64,000 nucleotides of DNA from Eledone cirrhosa (GCA_964016885.1 OZ024752.1:33542001-33606000); one strand, 5' to 3'; counted from the stretch's first letter, positions 1 through 14,191 are shown. Made by a program: numbers and translations. The notes: a model not told the origin generated them from the sequence alone.

Positions 1-61
1 CATGTATGTGTATATATGAGTATATGTGTACATGTATGTGTATATATGAGTGTATGTGTAC

Positions 62-111
<50 letters not shown>

Positions 112-120
112 ATGTGTAGA
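1..120. repeat. Compound (TG)/(TA) microsatellite
   Basis: Dinucleotide runs seen directly. Confidence 0.9.
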
Positions 121-2074
121 ATATGCATACATGTTAATACACTTTGTGATACTATAGATATTTCATTTGAATATTTGAATACTTTTTATTTTTCATACTT
201 TAGAACATTTGTTGTTATTGAAAATAAAAAACATTATCAATGACCGATTACGTTTTGTTTTTCTGCTTTGGTCTTTGTTCTTTTCACAATCTCTGCCAAC
301 TTGGAAACAAGAATATAAAACAAAAACAATTGTTATCATCATTGTTTTATAATAGTGAATTGTTTTCATCATTTTGAGGTTTTGCTCATATAACAAACGG
401 CTTCGTTTTCCACTAGAATAATATTGGCACAAGATATGGAAATGTATTAAACAAGTTCTTTTGAATAAGAGTATATATTTATGACGGATGGCTTAAGTCA
501 TTATAACTACAAGCGTGATAAACACAGTAGTTGACCTTCTATACTGTTATGAAATTTACCGAGAAACACCTTTTGTTTTTTTTGCTTCTTATGAAATGTT
601 TTATATACCAGGCTAAGGTGCCGAATTGACAGAGTTGTTAGAATGTCGGATAGAATGCTTTACAGTATTCGTTTCGGCTATCTGTTCTTGGAGTTCAAAT
701 CCTGTTGAGGTCAACTTTGCCTTTCGTTCATTCGAGGTTGATAAAGAAAAATACCAGTCAAGTACTGGATTGATTCTTCCTCTATATCTTTCTCACTGCT
801 ATTCTCTCACTCTCTATCCTTCTCTGGAAGAAATCTGCTGTATTTAGATCTGGAGAGGATATGGTTAGCAAAGCCTTTCATCCTTACAGGGTCAATAACA
901 TAAAGTACTAGTAATGCACTGGGGTTGATTTAATCGACTTTTCCACTCCCCCAAAATTGTTAGCCTTGTGCTTCAATCAGAAACCATTATTTTTTAACTT
1001 TACTGCTTTTTAAAAAAAAAATAAATTTTCATCTGTTGACATCACTGAAAATTTTGTCTTCAGAAAGACCAATTAATTATAAGGCCAAATAGTTTGTTTT
1101 TTCTTTCATTGTAACAACATATTTATGACAGGGTGTACAACTAAAGGGAGTTATGTTTAATAGCTATTACAAGTGCTGCCAATAGCAGTTGACTTGAAAA
1201 GGTCAAAAGTGGCACTACTTTAATTTTGAATTCATAAAATAAGGAAAAAAATGTTAGTATAGTATAATATATAAAAAGCAAATAAGTGTCAATTTTGTTG
1301 AAATGTCACATGTTTTGGTTATAACATTTCAGTTTTTCAACATTTTTGAAATAGGTAACTTGTTTAGAATTGATTGTGGGGTAGGGTTGAAGGTGGAAGG
1401 AAGGGGTAAGTTGTTATAGTAACATTGCTTGCTATGTTCTTTAGTTTAACAAATACAGATCTATGTATATCTAGAGTAAGGGCTTTGTTCTAGTAACATT
1501 GCTTGCTATGTTCTTAAGTTTAACATATATAGGGCCATGTATGTATTTATAGAGTAAGGGCTCCAAGTATTTCTGGTCATGTATGACATTTAATGTGATA
1601 TTAACTAGGAAATGATTAAACTGTGTGTTTTGTGGACATGTTGGAAGCATGACATTTTTGAAGACATCACACATGCTCATTACACCTCACCTCACTTTTG
1701 TGAGGGGATCATACAAATATACCCATATATTCCACCCCCACCGCTCTCTCTCCCCATTCTGTCCCCTCCCCCCTCATTACACCTCACTTTGATGAGAGGG
1801 AGTCATACAAACATACACATGTATTCCATCGCTCCCCTTCCTTTGTCTCATCTCCCTCTCTACAGTTTCACCTCCCCCTCTTGTTTTGTCCTTTATTTTA
1901 AAACTACCCCCCCCCCCCCCCCCCCCCACACACACACATGCACTTCCCATAGATTTGATTCACTGTAAGCTGTTGTGACTGTTATCACATGGAAATGTTA
2001 TGGAGATAGATTGATGCCTTCTGTTCAGGACAGATTTGCCCTTCATTTATTTAAGGCCCTGGAACATGAATAGA

Positions 2075-2105
<31 letters not shown>

Positions 2106-3165
2106 AAAATTGCTTTAAGCTCTTCAGAAAAGACCTTTCATTGTTTTGGTTTCTCCCTTCCTCCCATAAACTTCATTATTAAGATAAACTCTTTAATGGT
2201 CATTCTAAGTGGTGTAAAGTGTAGTTAAGTTTAACTATCTGTAGTTTTAAGTAAGCTGTTATTTTTTCTCTTTATATCTTTTAGCTAAGAGTATTTTCAA
2301 GCTAGGAAATGAGAAAATGTCATGAATGGATGGCTGTTAACATACTTTACACTATCCTTATTTATTTAGATTTCTGTCATCCCAAAACTCGCTACTGAAT
2401 TCTATTTTGTTACATCCATTCCCACGCCCCACCTTGTGCTAGCATGGGCTGGACAAGTGGACAAGACATTTTTGAGGCTGTATTCTATACAAGCTTGTCT
2501 GGTCACGCTTGGGGATCCAACCGGATCAATTAGAGATGATTGCTTCTGACAGGACCTGCTGGAAGGAGTGTTTGAGGACTGTGCCCCCCCCCCCCCCCCC
2601 CGATCCTCTCGGGGATAATTGGGTGGAGAAGTAGTAGTATTCTATACCCCAGATGTCCTTCATTTATGCCATTACTTTTAATTAAGGTACTGATTTCTGT
2701 ACATAAAACTGCTTGCTGAGCTGTGGGACTTTTGTTTATACTGAACATAAGCAGAAGCCCCTCAAGCTGTGTCAAATGCCAAGTGAAGACACATGCATCA
2801 CAAATGTTGTGCAATTTCCTTCTAGCAAATTTCCCTTACAATGTACTAATCAGCCAGGGACTGTAGTATGACACTTGCCCAATATGTTACACAGTCACAT
2901 GACTGTGAAATATACTTTATAACTGTATTTCTAATGAGATAAACTTTATTGCAATTAAAGAAGAATTTTAAGGGATCTACTAACGACATTTGTTATTTCA
3001 TTACTAAGATAGTAATTTAACATATGGTCTTTATAAAATATTATGTTGGAAGATTGTAATTTAAAGAGGGACCCTTTAAAATATGTGGTCTTGTTTCATA
3101 GAACCAGATCTGGTTTGGAGTTGGTCGGTATCAAAAGGGTTAAACACACAGCCATACCTGCACAC

Positions 3166-3367
3166 ATGAGGGTTGGCCAAAAAGTTCTTAGGCTAACCAA
3201 GATACTCTCATGGAATGACCAAACAAGGTTTATTTTTCAACATAGTCTCTGGAAATAAAACACTGCAGTTATTAATAAGAAAAGTTTAAATTAACACATG
3301 CAAGATTTCACAGCAATAGCATCACTCCTTCATAGCCAGCTTATGAACTATTCAGCTGGCCATCATA
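3166..3367. mobile_element. ~200 bp Tc1/mariner-type MITE
   Basis: Imperfect TIRs atgagggttggccaaaaagttcttaggct / agcttatgaactattcagctggccatcat. Related copy at 37948-38312. Its left half is amplified at 62315-63200. Confidence 0.65.
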
Positions 3368-3675
3368 TTACATTGTTTATATTTAAATTTTTCACTGTAA
3401 ATGTTTTGAAAAGGCTACATGAAAGCTTTTGTAAGTTGAAATAGAAATTGTTTTGGAATGCAGTTGGTAAAACTTCATATCTATTGTGAGGTCTAATATT
3501 CCGTAACAACTGTTAGCTATATCTAAAAAACCTCACACATGAAGTATTCATCAATATTCTTTACATAGTTTGTCATTAGACTGCAACCAAGCTAGGGGTG
3601 AACCATTGGAAGGATTTAGTTCAACATATAAACCCCAGTATTTGTTGTCAAATCTGTTACTTAAAAACACACACG

Positions 3676-3706
<31 letters not shown>

Positions 3707-3927
3707 ACGCACACACGCACACACACACACTATAAAGTAAAATGACAGGAGGCCAGGCAAGCTGAATTTCCATAAGGCAGCCAAAATAACAACAGGCTTC
3801 CATGATCATCTTTGAGTCAAAAACAAAAACATACTTTTTTCTTGCTGTTTTTTCTTTGCCTTTTTCCTTAAAGCCTCTTGGAATGTGTTTACCATCACTC
3901 CTTTGGTATACAACTATTATGCAATAT

Positions 3928-3986
3928 ACACCTGAAGATGTCACCAGGTTCTTATGCAACCTGGCCACTGAAATCTGCATTAGTGT
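3928..3986 (+). ncRNA. Degenerate hammerhead-ribozyme-like motif in a dispersed repeat
   Basis: acac-CTGAAGA-[ccaggtt/aacctgg stem]-GAAA-tctgca-TTA-gtgt. Stem III and the base of stem II are imperfect. Related minus-strand copy at 18106-18179. Confidence 0.45.
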
Positions 3987-4487
3987 TTTGCAGAAATAAA
4001 TGATTAAGGGAATTCAACCCGCCCCACATCCTGTTATTTCTCTTTATAATATATTTAACTCCGTTTCCACACCTCCAGCAGGATTCAATATCAAAGATGG
4101 ATGAGTTGCATAACGTTGAGTGCTTTCCTACCATTACATCATGATTAACATTGCAGAATGACCAATTCTACCCAGTGGTGAACCACCAAATTTAAACGTA
4201 CACGTGCGCGCACACACATATATATATAAATAAGGGGTTGGGAGAAACCTTCAGTTTGTATCAAAAGATAAGACAACTCCTGTTCACTGGGTAGAAGGTA
4301 TGATCAAAGATGAATGTAAGTATTTAGTCCAACTAATTTTGATTAAATAGTAGAATAGACAAAACTGGATACAGAAATAATTAAGAGGAATAATTAAAAG
4401 TAGTCAGCATATTTGTATGGGTTCTCTTTATTTACATTAAGTAGCAATTTTTATTTCTGAGGAATTTGTGATAATTACATATCATCT

Positions 4488-4610
4488 AACCTGTATAAAT
4501 ACCTGTATAAATTACTAAACATAATGAGGACAATACCTGTATAAATTACTAAACATAATGAGGACAATACCTGTATAAATTACTAAAGATTATGAGGACA
4601 ATACCTGTAT
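4488..4610. repeat. 34 bp minisatellite, ~3.5 copies
   Basis: Unit aatacctgtataaattactaaacataatgaggac. Confidence 0.9.
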
Positions 4611-4762
4611 ATCATTGTATATCAAATGCTTTAATTATTATTCTTTCTTTCTTTCCTTCCTTTATTTCTTTTGATTATTTTTCAGTTTTTTAAAAATTGT
4701 TTTAACCTTTAGTTCCCATATAAAATCCACAGGATTATATGCCCCCATTTCAGCAGAGAATA

Positions 4763-5177
4763 TTAACCCTTTAGCATTTAAACTGTCTGTATTCGGTCAG
4801 AATTCTCTCACCACTTTCTGTTCAAACCAGCTGTAACCAGCCGCTCATACTGACGTTAAGGTATTGTTCTCAAAATAAATAATATCAAAATCTCAGAGAT
4901 TTGATATTATGTGAGATACAGCCTTTACTGTGAAAATATAATATATATATATATTGTTTCTACTCTTGGCACAAGGCCAGCAATCACCCAGTGTATTACT
5001 GGTACTTTATTTTATCGACCCCGTAAGGATGGAAGCCAAAGTTAACCTCGGCGGGATTTGAACTCAGAATGGCAAGGGCCGTAACTCTATGCGTCAAAGC
5101 ATGGCGTCCGACCCTCTACCGATACTGCCAATCCATGCCCTATAATAGTATATATAATGTAAATGCTAAAGGGTTAA
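4763..5177 (+). mobile_element. piggyBac-type MITE with a nested tRNA-SINE (about 4953-5140, minus strand)
   Basis: TTAA-CCCTTTAGCATTTA ... TAAATGCTAAAGGG-TTAA ends. The SINE is flanked by a tataata duplication. Confidence 0.85.
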
Positions 5178-5949
5178 GAAAGAAATTTAATGTAATTATG
5201 AGTATACATATAAATACAGTGTACTGCCCAGAAGTAGACCCTGAGTAAGATAGTTTGAAAACATCCATGAGGTCGAATGGTCTCACTTGAGGATCCAGTT
5301 GGATTAATTTGGTCCAGGTAGACCCCGAACAAAATGGATGCATAACATCCATGAGCTTGTCTGGTCTTACTTTGGAATCCAACCAGATCAATCAAAGACA
5401 GTTGCTTCTGACTTGCTGGAAGGAGTGTTTGAGGACTCTTCCCCCACATGACGCTCCCAGGAATAAGTGAGAGATGATGATAATGAGTCAACATACAGTG
5501 TTATTAAAACATCTAGCTTGACTATACATATAACATTAGGGTGAGTTAGAACTTCAGATTTATTGCCTTTGTATTTGTTCTGGAATTCTGCACTTTTAGT
5601 TCCAATCCTACCAATGCCAACTTTGTCTTTTATCCTTTCTGGGGTTGAGAAAGTACCAATCCAAGGGTTGGGTTGTTTGCTGGAATTGTTAAGGAGTCAG
5701 ATGGGATACTTTGCAGAGACTGATCTGGCTCTGTACATTCAGTGTTCAAATCCTGCTTCCTCTCTTGCCAAGCGTTGCAACTGGTAGATAGTATCAACAA
5801 TGGAAAGACCAGTGGAAACATTGTTTCTTTAGTCCATTTACTTCAACCCACCACCTGATTTGCAAATTTCCTGACAAACATGGCACTGGAACTGATTCTC
5901 TGCAACAAAGTTTGAATATATATATATAGACAATATGCCCCCCACACCC

Positions 5950-6217
5950 TCCCACTGCAAAGTGGTCGTGGAGGTGCCACAGCAAAAAAGCACCCAGCCC
6001 ACACTGTAAAGTGGACGTGTAGGCGCCACGGAAAAATGCACCCAGCACTCACTGTAAATGAGGTTGGTGTTAGGAAGGGCATCCAGCTGTAGAAATCAAG
6101 CCAGAATCAGTTCCCGTATGAGCAAGGCATGGTCAGCCGACCGGACACTGCCCACAACAGGACAACCCGTCTAACCCATACTAGCGTGGAAGAACGGACA
6201 TAAAACGGTGGTGATGA
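5950..6217 (+). mobile_element. Retroposon 3' part with ~2 copies of the 48 bp unit and a GAT-type tail
   Basis: aaaaagcacccagcccacactgtaaagtgg units, then gttggtgttaggaagggcatccagctgtagaaa ... aacccatactagcgtggaagaacggacataaaacg. Confidence 0.75.
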
Positions 6218-7239
6218 CATAGTTCAAGGAGATAACAAACAGAGGGTGTGTATGTGCCATTTACATTAGATACAAGCGACTTATTGACACTGAGTTTCTA
6301 AAAGTCACCAGTGGCAGTTGTTTATGTCCTACGTAAACAATACACCCAGCAGTGTAACTGTATGATGAAGGTTAGCAGTGTATACTTAGAATAAGGTATG
6401 GGTTGACATCAGGATGGATATCTGACTATAGAAAACCTGCCTGAAGGGTCTTGTCCAACCCATCCAAAATATCCAGCTGAAAAAATATTTATGATGATGA
6501 TGATGTTGATGATAATATTGACGATATGATGATGATGGTAATAATATTATTGATAATATTGATATTGACAGTGATGTTAATATTGATATGGATAATGCTA
6601 TTGTCGAAAATGTTAACAATTATTGACGATAGTGTCATTGATAATTATTAGTAATGTCAATGACAATATTAATGATGATAAAGCAAAAATCTCTATTGAA
6701 AATAATCAATTGACAGTAGGCTTGGTGTATAAACAGTAACAAAAAAAGTTATATAGATCTGTCAACATTTGAAAAAACTCCTGGTAGAAATATGTACTTC
6801 ACAATCTGTCAGTTTATTTGTTGAAAACCTCAATGCAAATAAACGGAAAATAATCATTCATATAGATGCCTATGTGATGTGTGTGTGTGTGTGTTGTAAT
6901 TTCTCTCATCTACTAGTTGCCATATCTACGTCATATCAGATTATCTGTTCTGGATATTGATTGTGCAGGAGAGGAGATTAGTTGTGTGCTGGAGAGGAGA
7001 CTGCATTGGTATGGATATGTGATGTTCATGGATAATGATTGCTGGGTGAAGAAGTGGCAGGAAATTCCAGTGGAAGAAAACCACTGGGATTTTTTTTATC
7101 GCATCCCTTAAGGATGAAAGGTGAAGTCAACCTCAGGGGAATTTGAACTCAGAATGTTAAGGGATGTGTCTATATGCCACAGCATGTCTGATGCTCTACC
7201 AATACTGCCTATAATAATATTTGTAAAAGTAAAATACAA

Positions 7240-8422
7240 CAAAAAGCATCCGGCCCACACTGTAAAGTGGACGTGTAAAAGACAGGGCAAAAAGCACCCA
7301 GCCCACACTGTAAAGTGGACGTGTAAAAGACAGGGCAAAAAGCATCCGGCCCACACTGTAAAGTGGACGTGTAAAAGACAGGGCAAAAAGCATCCGGCCC
7401 ACACTGTAAAGTGGACGTGTAAAAGACACGGCAAAAAGTACCCAGCCCACACTGTAAAGTGGACGTGTAAAAGACAGGGCAAAAAGCACCCAGCCCACAC
7501 TGTAAAGTGGACGTGTAAAAGACACGGCAAAAAGCACCCAGCCCACACTGTAAAGTGGACGTGTAAAAGACACGGCAAAAAGCACCCAGCCCACACTGTA
7601 AAGTGGACGTGTAAAAGACACGGCAAAAAGCACCCAGCCCACACTGTAAAGTGGACGTGTAAAAGACACGGCAAAAAGCACCCAGCCCACACTGTAAAGT
7701 GGACGTGTAAAAGACACGGCAAAAAGCACCCAGCCCACACTGTAAAGTGGACGTGTAAAAGACAGGGCAAAAAGCACCCAGCCCACACTGTAAAGTGGAC
7801 GTGTAAAAGACAGGGCAAAAAGCATCCGGCCCACACTGTAAAGTGGACGTGTAAAAGACAGGGCAAAAAGCATCCGGCCCACACTGTAAAGTGGACGTGT
7901 AAAAGACACGGCAAAAAGTACCCAGCCCACACTGTAAAGTGGACGTGTAAAAGACAGGGCAAAAAGCACCCAGCCCACACTGTAAAGTGGACGTGTAAAA
8001 GACACGGCAAAAAGCACCCAGCCCACACTGTAAAGTGGACGTGTAAAAGACACGGCAAAAAGCACCCAGCCCACACTGTAAAGTGGACGTGTAAAAGACA
8101 CGGCAAAAAGCACCCAGCCCACACTGTAAAGTGGACGTGTAAAAGACAGGGCAAAAAGCACCCAGCCCACACTGTAAAGTGGACGTGTAAAAGACACGGC
8201 AAAAAGCGCCCAGCCCACACTGTAAATGTGGACGTGTAAAAGACACGGCAAAAAGCACCCAGCCCACACTGTAAAGTGGACGTGTAAAAGACACGGCAAA
8301 AAGCACCCAGCCTACACTGTAAATGTGGACGTGTAAAAGACAGGGCAAAAAGCACCCAGCCCACACTGTAAATGTGGACGTGTAAAAGACAGGGCAAAAA
8401 GCACCCAGCCCACACTGTAAAT
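7240..8422 (+). repeat. 48 bp minisatellite, ~24 copies, inside a retroposon whose tail ends at ~8545
   Basis: Unit aaaaagcacccagcccacactgtaaagtggacgtgtaaaagacacggc. Runs into gtggttggcgttaggaaaggc ... (GAT)n. Confidence 0.95.
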
Positions 8423-9804
8423 GTGGTTGGCGTTAGGAAAGGCAGAAACACCCCTATTTGAGCCGAGACACGGTCACCCGACACAACTTGCCTTAAAATA
8501 GCACTCATCTAGCGTAGAAGATGGATGTTAATCGATGATGATGATGTTTCTGATTTAGGCACAAGGCCAACAATTTTTGGGAAAGGGACAGTTGATTAAG
8601 TCGATTCCAGTGCATTACTGGTATTTTATTTTATTGGCCCCATAAGGGTGAAAAGCAAAGCTAACCTCGGTGGGATTTGAACTCAGAACATAAACGACTA
8701 TAACTCTATGCCACTAAGTATCTCCGACACCCTGCTGATACTGCCTGTCCACCACTAATAGCTTTTGATTTAGGCACAAGGCCAGCTATGTATTATTGAC
8801 TGGCACTATATTTTATTGACTCCGGAAGGATAAAAAGCAAAGGTGAGCTCAATGAGATTTGAACTCAATGTATAGAACTGGAACAAATGGTACCAAATAT
8901 TATGCCTGATATTCTAAAAATTCTACCAATCCACTGCCTATATATGATAATAATAGCAACAACAACAACAACAATAGCAACAGCATGACTATTGCTGCAA
9001 GAAAAATCAACATTGGCAATTTTTTGAACTCACACTGTAAAAAAAACCTAACTAATACTGTCGCTTTGCCAATTCGGAATATCCCAAAATAATGATAATA
9101 CCACAAAAACAACAAAAAAAATGTAAAAATATAAAGATTATAATAGCAGAGGGTGATTTTGAAATGTGAAATTTTTGGTTTTCTAGAAAGGGATATTGTT
9201 GAATATAATGATATGCTTATTATAGACCCCCCTCCCCACTCCACTTACATATATTTAGAAATTTCTTAATAACGACCTATTTACAATAAATATCTCTCTC
9301 TTTCTTTCTTTCTCTACTTATTTACATTTTTTTCTTCTTTCTTTGAGAATGTCTTTTGTGATTAAAAAAAAAAGAAAAGAAAAAGATTTTTGCTTTGGAT
9401 AATTTGAGAATCTTTGTATGTTTCATATCAGTTGGTAGATTTTGTGTGTTGAACTCTTCTTGTCAATAGTATTTTTGCATTGATTTTATGTAAAAGTATC
9501 TTTGCTAAGTCTCCTTTTTCTATTTAAACTTGCCAATACTTTCTATTGACTGTTACAAAATGCTAGATAGTATGTTGTTATTTTATTGTCTGTTCAAAAG
9601 TGTCATCCTTGTTGCATTCTGAAACCCACAGCTAAAGAATCATTTTACTCTCTCTCGTATGATTATGGCTTTCCATCATCCATTATAAAGTCTTTAAAAT
9701 GTCTCAAGTTCCACTGATTTCTGTTAGTACATGTGAGGGAAGAAGAGCAAGCATTATCTGTACATATGCATTCTTGTAAAAGGATTGATTTACTTGCCCC
9801 TAAT

Positions 9805-10176
9805 TTAACCTTTTAGCATTTAAACCGGTAATATCCGGCCAGAGTTCTCTCACCTCTTTCTGGTCATTATCGGCTACTCATACTGACGTTAAGGTATTGT
9901 TTTCAAAATAAATAATTGTTTCTACTTTTGGCACAAGGCCAGCAATTATCCCAGTGCACTCCTGGTACTTTATTTATTGACCCCGTAAGGATGAAAGGCC
10001 AAGTTAACTTCAGCTGGATTTGAACTCGGATCATAAAGGCCTGTAACTCTATGCTGCAAAGCATGGCATCTGACCCTTTACAGATTCGATATTATGCGAG
10101 ATAATTATGTAAGATAAAGCTTTTACCACAAAAATACAATAATATATATAGAGTAATGTAAATGCTAAAGGGTTAA
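9805..10176 (+). mobile_element. piggyBac-type MITE with a nested 5'-truncated tRNA-SINE (about 9914-10082, minus strand)
   Basis: TTAA-flanked TIRs. The SINE sits at a different internal position than in the 4763 copy. Confidence 0.8.
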
Positions 10177-12237
10177 AGAGTGATAAGTGTGATAGGTAAA
10201 TAAACCAGCTCCGCACACCAGACCCTTCATTGGAAAAGTGACTAGATCTCAATAACTGTAGGCAGGACGTTAGGATGTGGTCAGTGTGGAGGTGCATTTT
10301 TGTGGGGTTGTGGCATGCAATGGTGAAAGCCATGTTATCAAGACAAGACTAGCTATCTTTAATATTATGTGGTTTAATATTATGTGGTTCACTTTATGAG
10401 AGTTAGTTCCTATTAATATTGATGATGTCATCTAGATTAGGAGGTGGACACACACACACACACACAAGTATTCATATTTCTGTAGGAAATAGATACGAAC
10501 TGTACAATTAAGTAGTTACATACTTCGCACTTATCTCTCCCAAGTTAGTTTAAAACTTGACTACAAAGAACAAAAAACAAAAAGAGATGTGTATATCTCT
10601 ACATATTCAGTAAATGTTTTGATGTCTTATCTAAAATCTCTTCTTCTCTTTTTCTCTCTCACACCCATCCACATACAAACACACATACATATAAAAGGAA
10701 CGACCAACTTTCATCAAATCGGACCTAGGAAACAATGTTTCCATTGGTCTTTCCAATTGTTAATACTATCTATTGGTTGCAACTCCAGGTAGAAGGAGCA
10801 ACATGAAATATTGTGTCTTGCTCAAGGATCTAACGCATCACCCGGTCCGAGAATCAAACTCACAACCTCACGATTGCGATTCCAATTCTCTAACCACTCA
10901 GCCACACGCCTCCACATACATATAGGCACACACAATACACATACATATTAAAATTTACTGAAAGAATCAGGGTGGAATTTGCAGCATTTGATATGCTACA
11001 AAAAAAAAGCGTTTTATTGCATAAATCTGTTGCTTTATTTGTGCTTGTCATTGATTTTAACTTAAAAATCATATTTGAAACGATCATAATTGCCGTCTGT
11101 GAAAAATGTAGTATTATTTCTCTATCAAATGAGAATCCCTCTATTGTATTCAGAACCGTTTTTGGAGTATATTACATTCTTTATGATAAATTATTAAAGA
11201 ATAACTGAATTAGAAGCATTTTGTTTCACTAAATACCATGTATAACTAGTGGAAGGTTGACTTTATTTTTTTCTTTTCTTCGTGTTTCTAGTGAGATCTT
11301 TTAAAACTTGTTTTAATATTAAAAAGTTAATGAGTGTGTTGTTTTATTGATTGTATTGTATTGTTTTTCTGTGCCCAAGTAAGAAATCATTATTGTTTAT
11401 AAATGATCAATTTATGCATTTATTGCATTCAATTTCTCTTGATTGGTTTTTCTATTTACAATTTGTAAATTATTATTATTTATTAATTTATTTATTTATT
11501 TCTGAATGCTTTCTGGCTATGAAGTCAATTAGACGGATTAGAAGTGTTTTGGGAAATTAATAGTGAGAATAATGATGTATTTGGAGATAATAAAAATAAC
11601 CAACAACAATGTTTTGTTGAGAATATCATGATGAGGAATACTATTGATTATAATTCCTCTATAAAGGTTGTTTAATCTGTGATGACATGGAACCTGGAAT
11701 CATCCTCTCCAGGAATTGACTCAAATTTAGGCAGTTTTTTGAATATAAAATTTCAACTATTTTATATACTTGAATAAAAGCCGAGGAATTTTTGAAAAAA
11801 AAAGAAAGAAAAAATCGATTGTAAAATTGGTGGGTGGGTGGGTGGTATATAAGTGCCATCCAAATCAGCAGTGGTCCGTGAGAAAATTTTGGTGGTCTGC
11901 AGAAACTTTTTTATCTATTTATCTTTTTTAAAAAAATTCATATGGTGGTCTGCGAGATTTAAAATTATGAATTTAGTTGGCAACCCTTGATCTAAACAAT
12001 GTGTTGATTAGTAGCCTTAGCTTATAAATGGGGTTTGGATTTTTGCCTATTTCTCAGACCTAAAATAGTGGGGATGGCTCACCAATGGAAAGACCAATGG
12101 AAACATTGCTTCCTTGGTCTGATTTGACAAGTTCCACCCTACTCGGTAAATAAATGTCTGGGACCTTGAAGATTGTCCATATTTATATTATATTTAAATA
12201 TGGACGATTTATCTGTCTCTCTGTCTATCTATCTATA

Positions 12238-12463
12238 GGAGGAGGAGAGGAAAGGAGTACAAACTCTTCGTACTCCTGGAGATGAGGGGTGCTCATTTTT
12301 TCGGGGGTATGTGTTACCCGTATGAAATGTCTCCCCCCATTGGGGAAAATCGACTAATTTTTAAATTGCATTTGTGATAATATTTTACACGTTTTTATTG
12401 TATGTAAACTTCCCCCTTTGTATTTGTCCCCTTCTTTTGTGCCCCTGTGGCTAATAAAGAAAC
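12238..12463 (+). mobile_element. Probable LINE (L1/Tx1-type) 3' UTR fragment
   Basis: Ends in ccctgtggctaataaagaaa, like the tails at 50278-50820. Confidence 0.45.
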
Positions 12464-13455
12464 ATATCTATCTATAGCAGAATAAATAAATAAATAATAA
12501 ATAAACAATAAATAAATAAATATATCTATCTATAGCAGGTTAGCATGGAGAAGCCCATTCTTCTTCAAGCCATACTGATGGACACACACACACATGCACG
12601 CAAAGTCAACAAAATATTTACCCTAGAATTGTTCTGTTCTACTGATGGATTGCATAACCACATGGTACCAGTTCACAGCTACTCAGGTTATCAACTGACA
12701 GCTGGTAGACTGACATTTTATCAACTGGGCCAGCTGTCATTCTCTCATAATAGATAAATTGTTATTAATAGAAAGGATCCTTAAAAAGGATTAGCTGCAA
12801 CAGGATTTAGAAAGTTTGGGTCACTTTTGCTTGTAGAATTGAAGGCAGTAACTAACCAGTCCCGAAGCTGGAATGAATGCTTTCCAAGCCAGAATTTTAT
12901 ATAGAATGTTCCTGTGTAATCTTTTCACAAGAACTTTATTTATTGTTTAGGGGAATAACGTTTTTTTTTTTTTTTTTTTTAAGGCCATGAATAAGTTTCT
13001 GAGTTAGGCACAAGGCCAACAATTTTTGGAGAGGGGAAAGTCAATTAAATCAACCTCAGTGTGTTATGGGTACTTTTTTAATTTTATCAACCCCATAAGG
13101 ATGAAAGGCAAAGCTAATCTCAGTGGGATTTAAACTCAAAATGTAAAGGGACATAACTATGCCGCAAAGCATGTTGGCCAATCATCTACCAATTTCTGTC
13201 AATCCAGTCTATGAATAATGGATGAAGTTTTGAAGAATTGCTGGGTGATGGATATTCTGTTACTATGGTAATTTTGGAGGTAATAGCTGTCAATTAAACA
13301 GTTAATAATCAACTGTGATTGAGTATTCTGTGACCTTGGTTACTCTTAACTTATTTTCTTCTAAAGCTGGTAGCTTTTATTACAAGTGGATGTTTTATGG
13401 TGGATAGATATTTACTTATTTAAAAATTGGTTTCTTACCATATTATTTAAGTTAT

Positions 13456-13667
13456 TTAATCTTTTAACATTTACTTTACTTTACTCTCTCTCTCTATATA
13501 TATACTATTATATTTTCATATAATATCGAATCTATGAGACTTTGCTATTATTTATTTTGAGAACAATACCTTAACATCAGTATGAGCAGTTGGTTACAGC
13601 TGGTTTGAACAGAAAAAGGTGAGAAAATTCTGGCCAGATATGGCTGGTTTAAATGCTAAAGGGTTAA
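13456..13667 (-). mobile_element. piggyBac-type MITE
   Basis: TTAA at both ends, same ~210 bp body in reverse orientation. Confidence 0.85.
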
Positions 13668-14002
13668 GATATATTTTTAAAAAAATTATAAAATCAAATA
13701 TAATTTCGATTGGCAAGAATAAATTTACATAAGAAATTTTCTCTTAAATTGTCTAAGATCTGCATCTTAGTTAAAGATATTGATCTTACAAATCTCATAT
13801 TTTTATATATTAGGTGTTAGGTGAAAGAAATTTTCTTGTTTTTGCAGTATTCAGTTCTGGGTATGGTAGACTGATGGAAAATTGTGAATTGTGGAGAGGC
13901 TTTGTCAGGAATGTTAGACTGTGGTCTCAATGATATGATATAATTTTTGATAAATGAATTGAAAAATATTCTTTTATCTAATCATTATCATGTCAAATAC
14001 AA

Positions 14003-14191
14003 AGGGCGGTGGATTGGCAGTATCGGTAGAGGGTTGGACGCCATGCTTTCCAGCATAGTTACGTCCCTTTATGATCTGAGTTCAAATCCCGCCGAGGTTG
14101 ACTTTGCCTTTCATCCTTACGGGGTCGATAAAATAAAGTACCAGTAATGCACTGGATAATTGCTGGCCTTGTGCCTAAAGTAGAAACAATT
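14003..14191 (+). mobile_element. Full-length tRNA-derived SINE (abundant family, >15 copies or fragments in the window)
   Basis: Pol III A box TGGCAGTATCGG and B box GAGTTCAAATCC. Central gcctttcatccttacggggtcgataaaataaagtaccagt. 13 bp TSD atgtcaaatacaa at 13990-14002 and 14192-14204. Confidence 0.9.

Noticed and set aside
7108-8508. ORFs of 367-466 aa
   Set aside because: Same artefact from the 48 bp array.
14003-14095. tRNA gene
   Set aside because: A and B boxes are present, but the spacing, 3' extension, TSD and many diverged copies indicate a SINE head.
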